From positions 1,249 to 65,248 of IMG/VR virus record IMGVR_UViG_3300033064_005393: a stretch of DNA of 64,000 nt; one strand, written 5' to 3'. The stretch is from a virus (taxonomy: Duplodnaviria > Caudoviricetes). A model generated the notes under the pieces. That model was not told the DNA's origin. It saw only the letters and a program-made list of their open reading frames with translations, and did not search any database. Below are positions 38,038 through 47,782 of the stretch, one piece after another. A program made the position numbers and the translations under genes. Positions within the stretch are counted from its first letter, which is position 1; each line of letters begins with the position of its first letter.

Positions 38038-41000
38038 TAGATTTGCTTCAAAAAACATTTATGTTGAAGAGGATTACCAAAACATTATTTTGGTTGACCC
38101 TAATAAGGTTGTTTTACCCGATGGTAGTGTGCAAGAAAGACTCGTCGATCACGAGGATTTGGTATATTATGCTAATTTACAAGCAAGAGTTCTTCCTCGT
38201 ACAAAATTAGCGGTAGGTGCCGATTTGGATAATGTGGTTCAAAATACCATAGTTGCAGAATTCAGAAGTCCTGACAACTACGGGATTGATTTTTTAAACC
38301 CACAAAATTCTACAAATGCTCTTGACACCAGTTGGTCTGATCAGATAACAGGACAGGGATCAAGAGAGGGTCAAGGAAGAGGTCAAACACAAGAAAGTAT
38401 AACTAACTCAAAACAATTTATTAGAAGACAAAGACAAGATTTACAGGTGGATTCACAGGGATTTGGGATTAAATCTATTTCTATAAAATTGAATCAAGCC
38501 TACATTCCTCAGGTCACCATTGATATGGTAGACGTTCAGGGAAGAACTTTATTTGAGCAAGGTGAAAATTCACCATACGCCGCGTTTTTCAATCTACCAT
38601 ATCCTATTTTCTTTTTGACAGTGAAAGGATACTACGGTAAGGCTGTCAGATATGAGTTAATGTTAAAAAGTTTCAACGCCTCTTTTGATCCTGGTACGGG
38701 TAACTACAATGTAACTACAGAGTTTATTGGTAGAACTGCGGCAATTTTATCGGACCTGATCATTTCACATTTGTTTACACTACCACATATGTATAACTCA
38801 ATTTTAACGGTTGAGGGACAAACTGCGGGTAACACACAACAACAAATTGGTGCAACAGCAACCACAGGAATACCAACTAATAGTAATTTGAGAATAAACA
38901 CCACAAAGGGTATTCAAAAACTTAATGAGGTTTATTCGATTTATGAATCGAAAGGTTTGATTGAAAAAGGATTTCCACGATTAACACTGAATGCTCTTGT
39001 TTATAAATTACAAACCTTAGATAAATTAATAAATGAATCTTTTGGTAAACAAGATATGTCTGTATTAAGTGATATTGAAGAATACGGAAAAATAATCACA
39101 GATTTCAGAGCTAATGTTTATGGTAATTTTGACGGAAACTGGTACACAAAATATATTGATCCGACAGATGTTATAATCATAGGAAACAAAAAGTTTTACG
39201 GTTTGAAGAAAACTCTTCAGGATGGTTTGAGCCAACAAACGGCGTTGACAGATTTAGACAAAATTATAACTGAAAATAAAAAAGAGTTGTTAAATAATAA
39301 AACATTTGGTAACAACGGAAGTTATACTATAAATGGTAAAACTCAACAATCTGAACTTTCGTTTAACTTAAGTATTGGAAATTTGGTTGGGACAATTAAT
39401 CCTGACGAGTTGACACCACAGGATATTGAACAAACTTTTATTATAAGGAAAAATAGACTTCCAAGTCCAAATGATAATTTAGAATTATTCGGGAATGAAC
39501 TTAAGACTGAGTTAAGTTTTTCTGCAAAATACTTGGACCCAAAAACCTCACAAGTTGTTGATGAACCAAAACGTTTTTATATTTTTGGTGAACCAGCATT
39601 AAATGGATCATCACCACCTAATACCTTTTTACCAATATTAGATGCGTTACAAAAAAATTTTTCAACTCAATCACAAAGAATTGAGGAAGCCTTGTCTAAA
39701 GCTCTTGCAGAAAAAATTAAGAACAGTGAAACTGGTTTAGGATTCAATCCAACTATAAGAAACGTAATGGCGGTTCTTATGGCCAGTGGTGATGCTTTTT
39801 TGAGATTGATGGATGAAGTCCACAGAAACGCTTGGGAGGTAAGGAAAAACCCCAACAGATTACAGGCGATAATTTCAGGTAGTAAAAATTTTGGTGTTGA
39901 TAACAAAGATGTTGTACAAAAAGACGTTTCAAGTACTGAAAGTTTGAGTGATAACAACATTGTATACCCTTGGCCACAATACTTTGAAGAAGAACAAGAC
40001 AATAAAGGTAATGTTAAGTTTACTGTAAAATACCCTGGTGACCCTGAAGTGATTAATAGAACCAAAGGTTACCTTTGGGATATATGGCCTGAAGTAGAAT
40101 TCACAGAGCAATACATCACGGGATCAATTCAAAAACAAGAAATACCAGATCCAATTGATTACAATAACGAATTGGAGTTTACACAATATATTGGTGTTAA
40201 TGCTGTTGAATTTCCTAACGTAAATCAACCATATCTTAACTTGACAGAAGTATCATTCTTTTATGAGATGTGGGAAAGACAGTATTTGGGTACTAACTAT
40301 ACAAAGCTGTTTAAGGAAACAGGATACGAAAATGAACTGTATGCTGCTTTAGGTGACTTCGAGTTTTACAATATCAAACAAGCGGTTGAAGAATCCCCCC
40401 AACTACAAGGGATACTGAAAAGATTTAAGTTCAATTACAACAATTTTATCAATTTCCTTAAGAATATATCTTTGGGTGGTGAGGGACAAAATTGGAACTT
40501 ATTTGTAAGAGATGAGTTTGTAACTCCCTATATCAAAGAATATATCACTCAGGATTTTGAACTTTATAGTGTTGCGACTTTAAGTGAAAACTCACCATCG
40601 GTTCAGGGTCTTGAGAGTTCGACCAAAAAGATTCAGGATTATATTTCAAGTACCAAGTCCAATAGTGTGTCGTTTATTGACTCACCACCTTTTACAAATT
40701 TGAATTGGGTTAAGACAAATCTTGCAAACGGTCAGTCTATTGGTGTATTGGAAGATGCGAACCAAACAACAAAGTCACTATCTTTTTATCAGGACAAGAA
40801 AGCTATTTCGAACATATTTGATGATCCATACTATAATAATTTTTGGACTTCTATTGATTGGTTAAATAATGATGGGTCTAATGTTGCTCAGTCAATATTG
40901 AACATCAATACATTCCTTCAGTCAAATGGACAAGCATATCCAACACAATCTTTGGGTGGACTGTCCACTCAAACACAACTTGCCGATTTTTATCAAAATA

Positions 41001-44000
41001 GAGAACATAAGAACTTTTTCCCAACGGAATCTACATTGAACTATGGAAATGACTATGTAATTACCAGTGGGAATGTAAGTTCAATACAGACAACGTCACT
41101 ATTCAATACCCCTTATTTTGCAAATGCGATTAACGTTGGTGCTGAAAAACAAAAGCAAGATGATGTAAATCCTTATGTTGGGTTGGGTTATCTTGCATTG
41201 AATTCATTACCACTTATCACCCTACGTGAAAAGTTGAAGGAGGTTAATTTAACCAACAAGACAATCACAGATTTGGATTATCTGTATGCTGCATTTACTA
41301 AGTTTGCTGCGATTCACAGGATACCCTACGCTTGGATGTTAAAATACGGATCGATATGGTATCGTTACAAAACATTTATCAATAATCAAACTGACATCTT
41401 GGATGACATTTGGACTGATTTCCCTTATTTGGAAAACTACGATCCAATCAGCCAAAATCCATCCACACAATACACGGTGAAGGATTATAATGGTGGTAAT
41501 ACAAATATATCACTTCAGTTATCCTTGAATGTTACGACACCAATTAACTTAAATCACGATTCAATCAGTGCGGGATTCTACCCACAACTGATTAATAATT
41601 TTTATTATTTCTTTGCTAATGAGGATTTGGTATCGGGATATACCGCTTCTGATTGGTCCAATGCGTATTCACAATCTTTTAGGATTGCAAAAACAAACCA
41701 ATCAACAATTACCTTCGGACCTGGTAGTGATTTAAATGACACCGGTAAAACTTTCTCACAGGTTAACTGGTATCAGTTTTATGATACGACTAACGATCCT
41801 TACTTGAAGTATAACTTATCTCAGGGTTATATGTTATTTCCCTCGACAGGAGCATTAAACTTCAACCAAGCCAAGTTTGAGTGTACAAATTCTACAGGAC
41901 AGATTGTGAAACCATTCTTAAACAACCCTGCGGTTTACAACGGAACAACAAGAGGGGTTTGGTTGGCACCACAATTTGGTTATTACGACAACTCGTTGAT
42001 TGAAAGACCGACACCATTACAATACTTAAAGGTTGTATATTCTGCCACTTCACAACAAGAGGCGTTCAGTATTCAAAGTGAGAGTGTGTATTCTTCAATC
42101 GAAGAGGTGTTAGCAGTTTTCAAACCTGAGGTTCTTGATTTGTTTGAACAATACTTCTTGAATTGGTGTGAACCATTAAACAAACTTATTGAGGTTAGGG
42201 ATCCATTTGAATTATTAAAATCTGCATCATCATTCTTCTCATCTGAGGATTTGGGTAACGATTTATATTATTCAAATTTATATACCCTGATGATGAACTT
42301 CTTTATTGTGCCCAAAGTACAACTTACGGGGCAAGAAAATAAGGATGGATCTATTTTGGCGACAAGTCAAATGGGTAGTATAGTAACATACTTGAAAGGA
42401 TTTTTTAATAAGGATATTGTCTTAAAGTTGGGTAACCCAAGTAACTTTAGTAGAAGAACATTCGGTAGTTTCACCAACAACAGAAACCTACAACCTGTAG
42501 ATAAAATTAACTTTGGTCCTTATGTGAATGGTTCTGTACCTGGTGATGCGGGCACCACATTGGCTCAGAGCATCGGAACATTCCCTGAGGTGTGGTCCGC
42601 ACTACAAAACAAAATTGGATTCTCATCAATACCTGATCTACAATATACAAACAGCGGATCATACTATACCAACTTCTTTAAAGATTTTGGAATTGCCTTT
42701 ACTGAAACAAACGTAAATGAGTTGTATCAGATTATCAAAATGTACGCAGGGGCAAAATTGGCAGACAACTCCCTGACACCTGCACAATTCTATAGTGCGT
42801 TCTCTGATTTCTTAACCCTTCAGGAAAAGTTCCAATTCAATGCTATGAACCACACGTTCATCCAACTGAACAAGAACCTACCAAATGTAACGGAAACTAG
42901 AGTTAACAACACAATATCATCTGTTGATGGTAAAACAACCAAGGTGGAATTATGGGAAACATTCAAAAATTTAAACGATAAATGGATCGCTGGTGGTGAC
43001 TTCGAAACAAGAACACTATTTGAGGATTTCTTGTTTATGGATAGAGGTAACAGAGATGTTGGTAACCAAATAATCGTTGATGTAATGTCACTATTAGGAT
43101 ATCTACAATCGAAATCAGCAACTTTCTCAATGTATAACTTAATAGGGGAACTATTAGGTAAAAACAATTTTATATTCTTTGCCCTTCCGTCATACGTAAA
43201 CTTCTACGGAATACAAAACGCAGTAAAAACGGCAGGAAGACAACTTGATCCCGAAATCGCAAACTCAGCCTTTGGAACATTCTTAACGGTAGATTATCAA
43301 AACTCCAAACCAAAGTTCCTTTGTATGTATGTCGACAAACCATCAGAACACCTTGATTTAAAAGAAAATCAAAGTGTTAGATTCAAGACAGATACATTTG
43401 ATCTGAGACGAGGGGTCAATAATCCAATTTTAGAAAATCAGGAAAATAAAACTGACTGGGCGTTTTCAAATAAGGTTGTCGGATTCAATTTGGATTTTGG
43501 TATAAGAAATCAGAATATGTTTCAATCGATTAGTTTGAATCAGAACCAATACAAAAATACTGCAGAGACCTTCCAAGTTTACACAAATTTGGGTAATCAG
43601 GCTAGTGGTGATAAAGTTGCTCAACAATCACAATCGTTGTATAATGTCTACAGATCAAGAAGTTATACTTGTGAAGTGGTTTCAATGGGTAATGTAATGA
43701 TTCAACCTACGATGTATTTTAACTTGAGACACGTTCCGATGTTCACAGGTCCATATCTAATTACAAACGTATCACATAATATCACCGAAAATGGGTTTAA
43801 CACTCAATTTACTGGTGTCAGAGTTCCAATTTATTCGTTTCCTGATATCGATTCGTTGGTTGTTTCAGTAAATAAGGATTTGCTAAAGAGATACAAAGAA
43901 AGGTATAAAACTAAAGCGTCATCATCGGTAAGTGCTGAAAACGCAAGTAATACTACGAATTCGGGAACTACAGCAAATGGACAAGGATCTGCTATGGGTG

Positions 44001-44602
44001 TCAACCAACCTTGTAGGGATCTTACAAAATACCAAAATCTTGATTTCGTTGATACTCAAAAAGTATTGATACATAAAGCTGAAATCAAAAATTATTTAGA
44101 TACTTTGACAACTACTACTCAAAACCTCAAGATTTATGCCTATGGAGTTGTCAACATTAAAAATGGAACGGCAAGTAATGTTGTAGTTCAGGCAAATAAT
44201 AACAACTTATTTGGTGTTGGTACTAATGCTGAGTGGAAGGGTAGTGCTTCTACATTTATATCGGCACAAACCTGTATTCAAATTTCAAACGGACAAACAC
44301 AACCAATTGCGGTATTTGAGAATTTTACAGATTCAATAGATTTCTTTATATCTTACAATAATAACTTTACTGGTATGATAAGTAATCTTGTTAATTTAAA
44401 TGCTAATATCATAGAGGCTCAGAGTATTGCGGACGCATTGACACAACTATACCTATCGACTTGGGTTAACCGATATGGGTATGGTAAGTCGGCAGTACAA
44501 ATCCAACAGGAAGTTATAGGACAAATTGGCACGAAAATTACTCAAAAGGAGTATGATGAAATAAAAACCGCATTTTACAACGCTGTGGTATATCTACAGT
44601 GA
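38027..44602 (+). CDS. Very large baseplate hub protein (gp27-like) with a C-terminal lysozyme-fold-like domain
   Basis: N-terminal FGIKSISI..P.V.I...D..G; late YTCEV.SMGN..IQP..YF...G.YLIT.VSH.I...F.T.F.G.R hub motif; C-terminal NNLFGV...F..F.DSI. Confidence 0.7.
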   Translation: MADNRFASKNIYVEEDYQNIILVDPNKVVLPDGSVQERLVDHEDLVYYANLQARVLPRTKLAVGADLDNVVQNTIVAEFRSPDNYGIDFLNPQNSTNALDTSWSDQITGQGSREGQGRGQTQESITNSKQFIRRQRQDLQVDSQGFGIKSISIKLNQAYIPQVTIDMVDVQGRTLFEQGENSPYAAFFNLPYPIFFLTVKGYYGKAVRYELMLKSFNASFDPGTGNYNVTTEFIGRTAAILSDLIISHLFTLPHMYNSILTVEGQTAGNTQQQIGATATTGIPTNSNLRINTTKGIQKLNEVYSIYESKGLIEKGFPRLTLNALVYKLQTLDKLINESFGKQDMSVLSDIEEYGKIITDFRANVYGNFDGNWYTKYIDPTDVIIIGNKKFYGLKKTLQDGLSQQTALTDLDKIITENKKELLNNKTFGNNGSYTINGKTQQSELSFNLSIGNLVGTINPDELTPQDIEQTFIIRKNRLPSPNDNLELFGNELKTELSFSAKYLDPKTSQVVDEPKRFYIFGEPALNGSSPPNTFLPILDALQKNFSTQSQRIEEALSKALAEKIKNSETGLGFNPTIRNVMAVLMASGDAFLRLMDEVHRNAWEVRKNPNRLQAIISGSKNFGVDNKDVVQKDVSSTESLSDNNIVYPWPQYFEEEQDNKGNVKFTVKYPGDPEVINRTKGYLWDIWPEVEFTEQYITGSIQKQEIPDPIDYNNELEFTQYIGVNAVEFPNVNQPYLNLTEVSFFYEMWERQYLGTNYTKLFKETGYENELYAALGDFEFYNIKQAVEESPQLQGILKRFKFNYNNFINFLKNISLGGEGQNWNLFVRDEFVTPYIKEYITQDFELYSVATLSENSPSVQGLESSTKKIQDYISSTKSNSVSFIDSPPFTNLNWVKTNLANGQSIGVLEDANQTTKSLSFYQDKKAISNIFDDPYYNNFWTSIDWLNNDGSNVAQSILNINTFLQSNGQAYPTQSLGGLSTQTQLADFYQNREHKNFFPTESTLNYGNDYVITSGNVSSIQTTSLFNTPYFANAINVGAEKQKQDDVNPYVGLGYLALNSLPLITLREKLKEVNLTNKTITDLDYLYAAFTKFAAIHRIPYAWMLKYGSIWYRYKTFINNQTDILDDIWTDFPYLENYDPISQNPSTQYTVKDYNGGNTNISLQLSLNVTTPINLNHDSISAGFYPQLINNFYYFFANEDLVSGYTASDWSNAYSQSFRIAKTNQSTITFGPGSDLNDTGKTFSQVNWYQFYDTTNDPYLKYNLSQGYMLFPSTGALNFNQAKFECTNSTGQIVKPFLNNPAVYNGTTRGVWLAPQFGYYDNSLIERPTPLQYLKVVYSATSQQEAFSIQSESVYSSIEEVLAVFKPEVLDLFEQYFLNWCEPLNKLIEVRDPFELLKSASSFFSSEDLGNDLYYSNLYTLMMNFFIVPKVQLTGQENKDGSILATSQMGSIVTYLKGFFNKDIVLKLGNPSNFSRRTFGSFTNNRNLQPVDKINFGPYVNGSVPGDAGTTLAQSIGTFPEVWSALQNKIGFSSIPDLQYTNSGSYYTNFFKDFGIAFTETNVNELYQIIKMYAGAKLADNSLTPAQFYSAFSDFLTLQEKFQFNAMNHTFIQLNKNLPNVTETRVNNTISSVDGKTTKVELWETFKNLNDKWIAGGDFETRTLFEDFLFMDRGNRDVGNQIIVDVMSLLGYLQSKSATFSMYNLIGELLGKNNFIFFALPSYVNFYGIQNAVKTAGRQLDPEIANSAFGTFLTVDYQNSKPKFLCMYVDKPSEHLDLKENQSVRFKTDTFDLRRGVNNPILENQENKTDWAFSNKVVGFNLDFGIRNQNMFQSISLNQNQYKNTAETFQVYTNLGNQASGDKVAQQSQSLYNVYRSRSYTCEVVSMGNVMIQPTMYFNLRHVPMFTGPYLITNVSHNITENGFNTQFTGVRVPIYSFPDIDSLVVSVNKDLLKRYKERYKTKASSSVSAENASNTTNSGTTANGQGSAMGVNQPCRDLTKYQNLDFVDTQKVLIHKAEIKNYLDTLTTTTQNLKIYAYGVVNIKNGTASNVVVQANNNNLFGVGTNAEWKGSASTFISAQTCIQISNGQTQPIAVFENFTDSIDFFISYNNNFTGMISNLVNLNANIIEAQSIADALTQLYLSTWVNRYGYGKSAVQIQQEVIGQIGTKITQKEYDEIKTAFYNAVVYLQ

Positions 44603-44648
44603 TATGTATTATTTTGGTTTTTTAATATATTTATAAGAAAAAAGTTTT

Positions 44649-44873
44649 ATGAACTTAAAAAATTTATTAGATAATTATCTTAGAAAAGATACGAGAATCT
44701 CTGAAAAACAAATTTCTCAGGAATATAAAGAGGTTTGTGATTTAGACACCGGTGATTGCTACACCGTAAGAATGAAAGACGGACTTATTGAAAGAGTTGA
44801 TAATTCTATGAAAATAAACAGAACATTAAAAGTTGAAACACCACACGGTGTTAAAACACTTTTAAATGGTTAA
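44649..44873 (+). CDS. Hypothetical protein
   Basis: 74-aa ORF after the TATTTAT motif at 44628-34; contains VCD..TGDC. Confidence 0.7.
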   Translation: MNLKNLLDNYLRKDTRISEKQISQEYKEVCDLDTGDCYTVRMKDGLIERVDNSMKINRTLKVETPHGVKTLLNG

Positions 44874-44885
44874 AAAAATTACAAA

Positions 44886-45521
44886 ATGAAGATTGACGAA
44901 AAAATCATTTCAGAATTAAGAAGACATAATGAAATTAATTCATACATCATAGAGCAAGAGGTTACTGACCCCTTAGCTGAACCAACAGGAACAGAAGAGG
45001 CACCTGCTGACGATACTGCTGCTGATTTAACTGCAGATGAGGTTCCCGAACCTGTAGATGTTGCTACCGATCCTGATGTTGAGGTTGTTAATAATTCTGT
45101 AGACTCTGTGGATGATACTGGAACCGAAGAATTAGATATTACAGATTTGGTTACAACACAGAAAAAAGTTTCAGAGAAGCAGGATGAGTATATGGATATG
45201 ATGATTTCTAAGTTGGAAGATTTGGAAAACAAACTATCCACAATGGATTTAATCTTAGACAAAATTAATTCTTTGGAGAATAAAATTGAAAAATATAGAG
45301 AGAAAACTCCTGAAGAAAAATTACATCTTAGAAGTTTAGACTCATATCCATATAATCAGAAGTTAACTGATTTCTTTGTGGATAAGCAAGATGAGATGGA
45401 AAAATCTGGCAAACACGAATATGTTTTGACCGATGAGGATGTGGAAAACTATTCACCAAATGAGATCAAAACCACTTTCAATTCTTATTTACAGAATAAG
45501 AATCAAAATCAAATGAGATAA
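44886..45521 (+). CDS. Acidic coiled-coil protein, possibly scaffold/internal head protein
   Basis: Leader rich in I-x-E, acidic low-complexity linker, then a heptad coiled coil. Confidence 0.6.
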   Translation: MKIDEKIISELRRHNEINSYIIEQEVTDPLAEPTGTEEAPADDTAADLTADEVPEPVDVATDPDVEVVNNSVDSVDDTGTEELDITDLVTTQKKVSEKQDEYMDMMISKLEDLENKLSTMDLILDKINSLENKIEKYREKTPEEKLHLRSLDSYPYNQKLTDFFVDKQDEMEKSGKHEYVLTDEDVENYSPNEIKTTFNSYLQNKNQNQMR

Positions 45522-45542
45522 ATAATCGTTCAGATTATAACC

Positions 45543-45577
45543 AAACAAACTCTCACCTCGGTGAGAGTTTTTTGTTT
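45543..45577 (+). terminator. Intrinsic terminator
   Basis: AAACTCTCAC-CTCG-GTGAGAGTTT followed by TTTGTTT. Confidence 0.85.
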
Positions 45578-45584
45578 AGGGTAG

Positions 45585-45615
45585 TTTGACTCTTCTATGT
45601 TTTCACTTATACTTG
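45585..45615 (+). promoter_or_regulatory. Putative host-RNAP promoter of the replication operon
   Basis: TTGACT-N16-TATACT; equivalently TTTG-N19-TATACTTG, close to the Bacteroidota TTTG/TAnnTTTG consensus. Confidence 0.6.
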
Positions 45616-45639
45616 ATAAAGATAAAAGAGTAAATAATT

Positions 45640-46488
45640 ATGACAAATTCAAGTTTAGACGCGGTACTCGCTCAATATGAGAAGAATACCACAAGGTACG
45701 ACTCTGGTAACCAGATGTCACAGGAAGAACGTATGAAGAAATACTTCACCACGATTCTTGATAAGAACAACAAATCAGGACAAAAAAGAGTTCGGATCCT
45801 CCCAACCAAGGATGGTTCTTCTCCTTTTGTTGAGGTATGGTATCACGAAATTCAAGTTAATGGACAATGGGTTAAATTATACGATCCAGGTCAAAACGAT
45901 AATGAGCGTTCACCACTAACCGAGGTTTATGAGGCGCTTATTTCAACAGGTAAGGAATCAGATAAAGATTTGAGTCGTCAATACAAACCCCGAAAGTTTT
46001 ACATTGTAAAAGTTGTAGACCGTGATGCTGAAGATGATGGTGTTAAGTTTTGGAGATTCAAAGACAACTACAAACAAGAAGGTATCCTTGATAAAATTAT
46101 ACCAATTTGGAGAGCAAAAGGTGATGTTACTGATTCAGAAAATGGTCGTGACCTTATCATAGAATTGACAAAGTCTAAGACACCTGCAGGTAAGGAATAT
46201 ACTGTTGTTCAGACTATTATGTATGATGATCCTTCACCTCTTCACACAGACAAAGTATTAATGAAGGAATGGATGGAAGATGAAATGACTTGGTCAAATG
46301 TATACTCCAAAAAAGCAGTAGAATACTTGGAAGCTATTGCTCGTGGAGAAACTCCAATTTGGGATAATGAAACTAAAAAGTATATTTACGGTGATGACGT
46401 AGAAATTAGTATGGGTGGTAAATCAGAATCAAAACAAATTGTTGACCCACAAGCGAATGCTACGGTCGACGAAGACCTTCCATTTTAA
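45640..46488 (+). CDS. Single-stranded DNA-binding protein (T4 gp32-like)
   Basis: VRILP, PF...WYH, G...W.F, D...GRD and an acidic C-terminus ending DEDLPF. Confidence 0.85.
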   Translation: MTNSSLDAVLAQYEKNTTRYDSGNQMSQEERMKKYFTTILDKNNKSGQKRVRILPTKDGSSPFVEVWYHEIQVNGQWVKLYDPGQNDNERSPLTEVYEALISTGKESDKDLSRQYKPRKFYIVKVVDRDAEDDGVKFWRFKDNYKQEGILDKIIPIWRAKGDVTDSENGRDLIIELTKSKTPAGKEYTVVQTIMYDDPSPLHTDKVLMKEWMEDEMTWSNVYSKKAVEYLEAIARGETPIWDNETKKYIYGDDVEISMGGKSESKQIVDPQANATVDEDLPF

Positions 46489-46493
46489 TTAAT

Positions 46494-46523
46494 AAGGTGC
46501 AGGAAATACCTGCACCTTTTTTT
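46494..46523 (+). terminator. Intrinsic terminator after SSB
   Basis: AAGGTGCAGG-AAATA-CCTGCACCTT followed by a T run. Confidence 0.85.
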
Positions 46524-46546
46524 AACTTTCAAAACTCCAAAAAAAT

Positions 46547-46759
46547 ATGAACAAAAGACTTAATGACGCGCTAGTCAAAAAATACGAAGCTCAGATCGCT
46601 GAAGCTGAGGCCACACTCGAAATATACTTTACTAATTCAGTGGGTATTGGAGAACATCCACAACACTTGGAAGAAATGGATAAGTTTGTTACACAACTTA
46701 CGGATGCTATAGATAAGAAAAAAGTTCTTGAAGAATTTTGGAAATACAATCAAAAGTAA
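46547..46759 (+). CDS. Small conserved phage protein
   Basis: Helical hairpin with a GIGEHP motif common in T4-like phages. Confidence 0.7.
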   Translation: MNKRLNDALVKKYEAQIAEAEATLEIYFTNSVGIGEHPQHLEEMDKFVTQLTDAIDKKKVLEEFWKYNQK

Positions 46760-47766
46760 TGGCACTCAAGAAAAAAGATTTTGGAGATATTAAAAAGAAG
46801 TTCTCAACTTCTGCAAAATACAAACCACAAAGATTTTTTGATTTAGGTCAGGATTTCTTAGAGGCTGTTGGACTTCCTGGTCCTGCGATTGGTCACTTGA
46901 ATATGCTCTTGGGACACTCAGATACGGGTAAAACAACTGCATTAATCAAGAATGCAGTTGATGCTCAAAAAAAAGGAATACTACCTGTCTTTATTATCAC
47001 TGAGCAGAAATGGAGTTTTGAACACGCAAGACTTATGGGTTTTGAGTGTGAAGAAGTTGTAGATAAAGAAACGGGTGAACTTGATTGGGATGGTTTCTTT
47101 ATATTCAACAATAATTTTACTTATATTGAACAGATTACGGATTATATTAACGAGTTGTTAGATGCTCAAAAAAATGGAGAAATCGAGTACGACCTTTTGT
47201 TTATGTGGGACTCTGTTGGTTCGGTACCTTGTAAGATGACTTATGAAGGTAAAGGGGGTAAACAACACAATGCAGCTGTATTAGCGGACAAAATTGGTAT
47301 GGGTATCAACCAAAGAATATCAGGGTCACGTAAAGCAGATTCAAAGTGGGAAAACACTTTGGTTATTGTAAACCAACCTTGGGTAGAATTACCAGACAAC
47401 CCCTTCGGACAACCCAAAATTAAAGCAAAGGGTGGGGAAGCAATTTGGTTGAACTCGTCTTTGGTATTCTTATTTGGTAATCAGAAAGGTGCAGGTACGA
47501 CTAAAATCACAGCAACAAAAGACAAAAGAACTGTTAAGTTTGCAAGTCGTACTAAAGTATCGGTGTTGAAAAATCACATTAATGGTTTGGGTTATGAAGA
47601 CGGTAAGATTATTGTGACACCTCACGGTTTCTTGGCGGGTAAGGAAGCATCCGAGGAAAAAACTTCGATTGAGGCTTACAAGAAAGAATACTCTGAGTAT
47701 TGGAAAAGTATCATCGGAGCTGATGGTGATTTTGATTTGAAGGAAGAAAGAGAAGTTATTGAATAA
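46759..47766 (+). CDS. recA: RecA/UvsX-like recombinase
   Basis: GHSDTGKTT Walker A, WDSVG Walker B, VNQ, KGG.A and KNH; likely start is the ATG at 46759 overlapping the previous stop. Confidence 0.88.
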   Translation: MALKKKDFGDIKKKFSTSAKYKPQRFFDLGQDFLEAVGLPGPAIGHLNMLLGHSDTGKTTALIKNAVDAQKKGILPVFIITEQKWSFEHARLMGFECEEVVDKETGELDWDGFFIFNNNFTYIEQITDYINELLDAQKNGEIEYDLLFMWDSVGSVPCKMTYEGKGGKQHNAAVLADKIGMGINQRISGSRKADSKWENTLVIVNQPWVELPDNPFGQPKIKAKGGEAIWLNSSLVFLFGNQKGAGTTKITATKDKRTVKFASRTKVSVLKNHINGLGYEDGKIIVTPHGFLAGKEASEEKTSIEAYKKEYSEYWKSIIGADGDFDLKEEREVIE

Positions 47767-47782
47767 CATTAACTAAACATAG

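Noticed and set aside
44879-45262. Ser/Thr-rich 127-aa minus-strand ORF
   Set aside because: Mirror of the acidic plus-strand gene 44886-45521.
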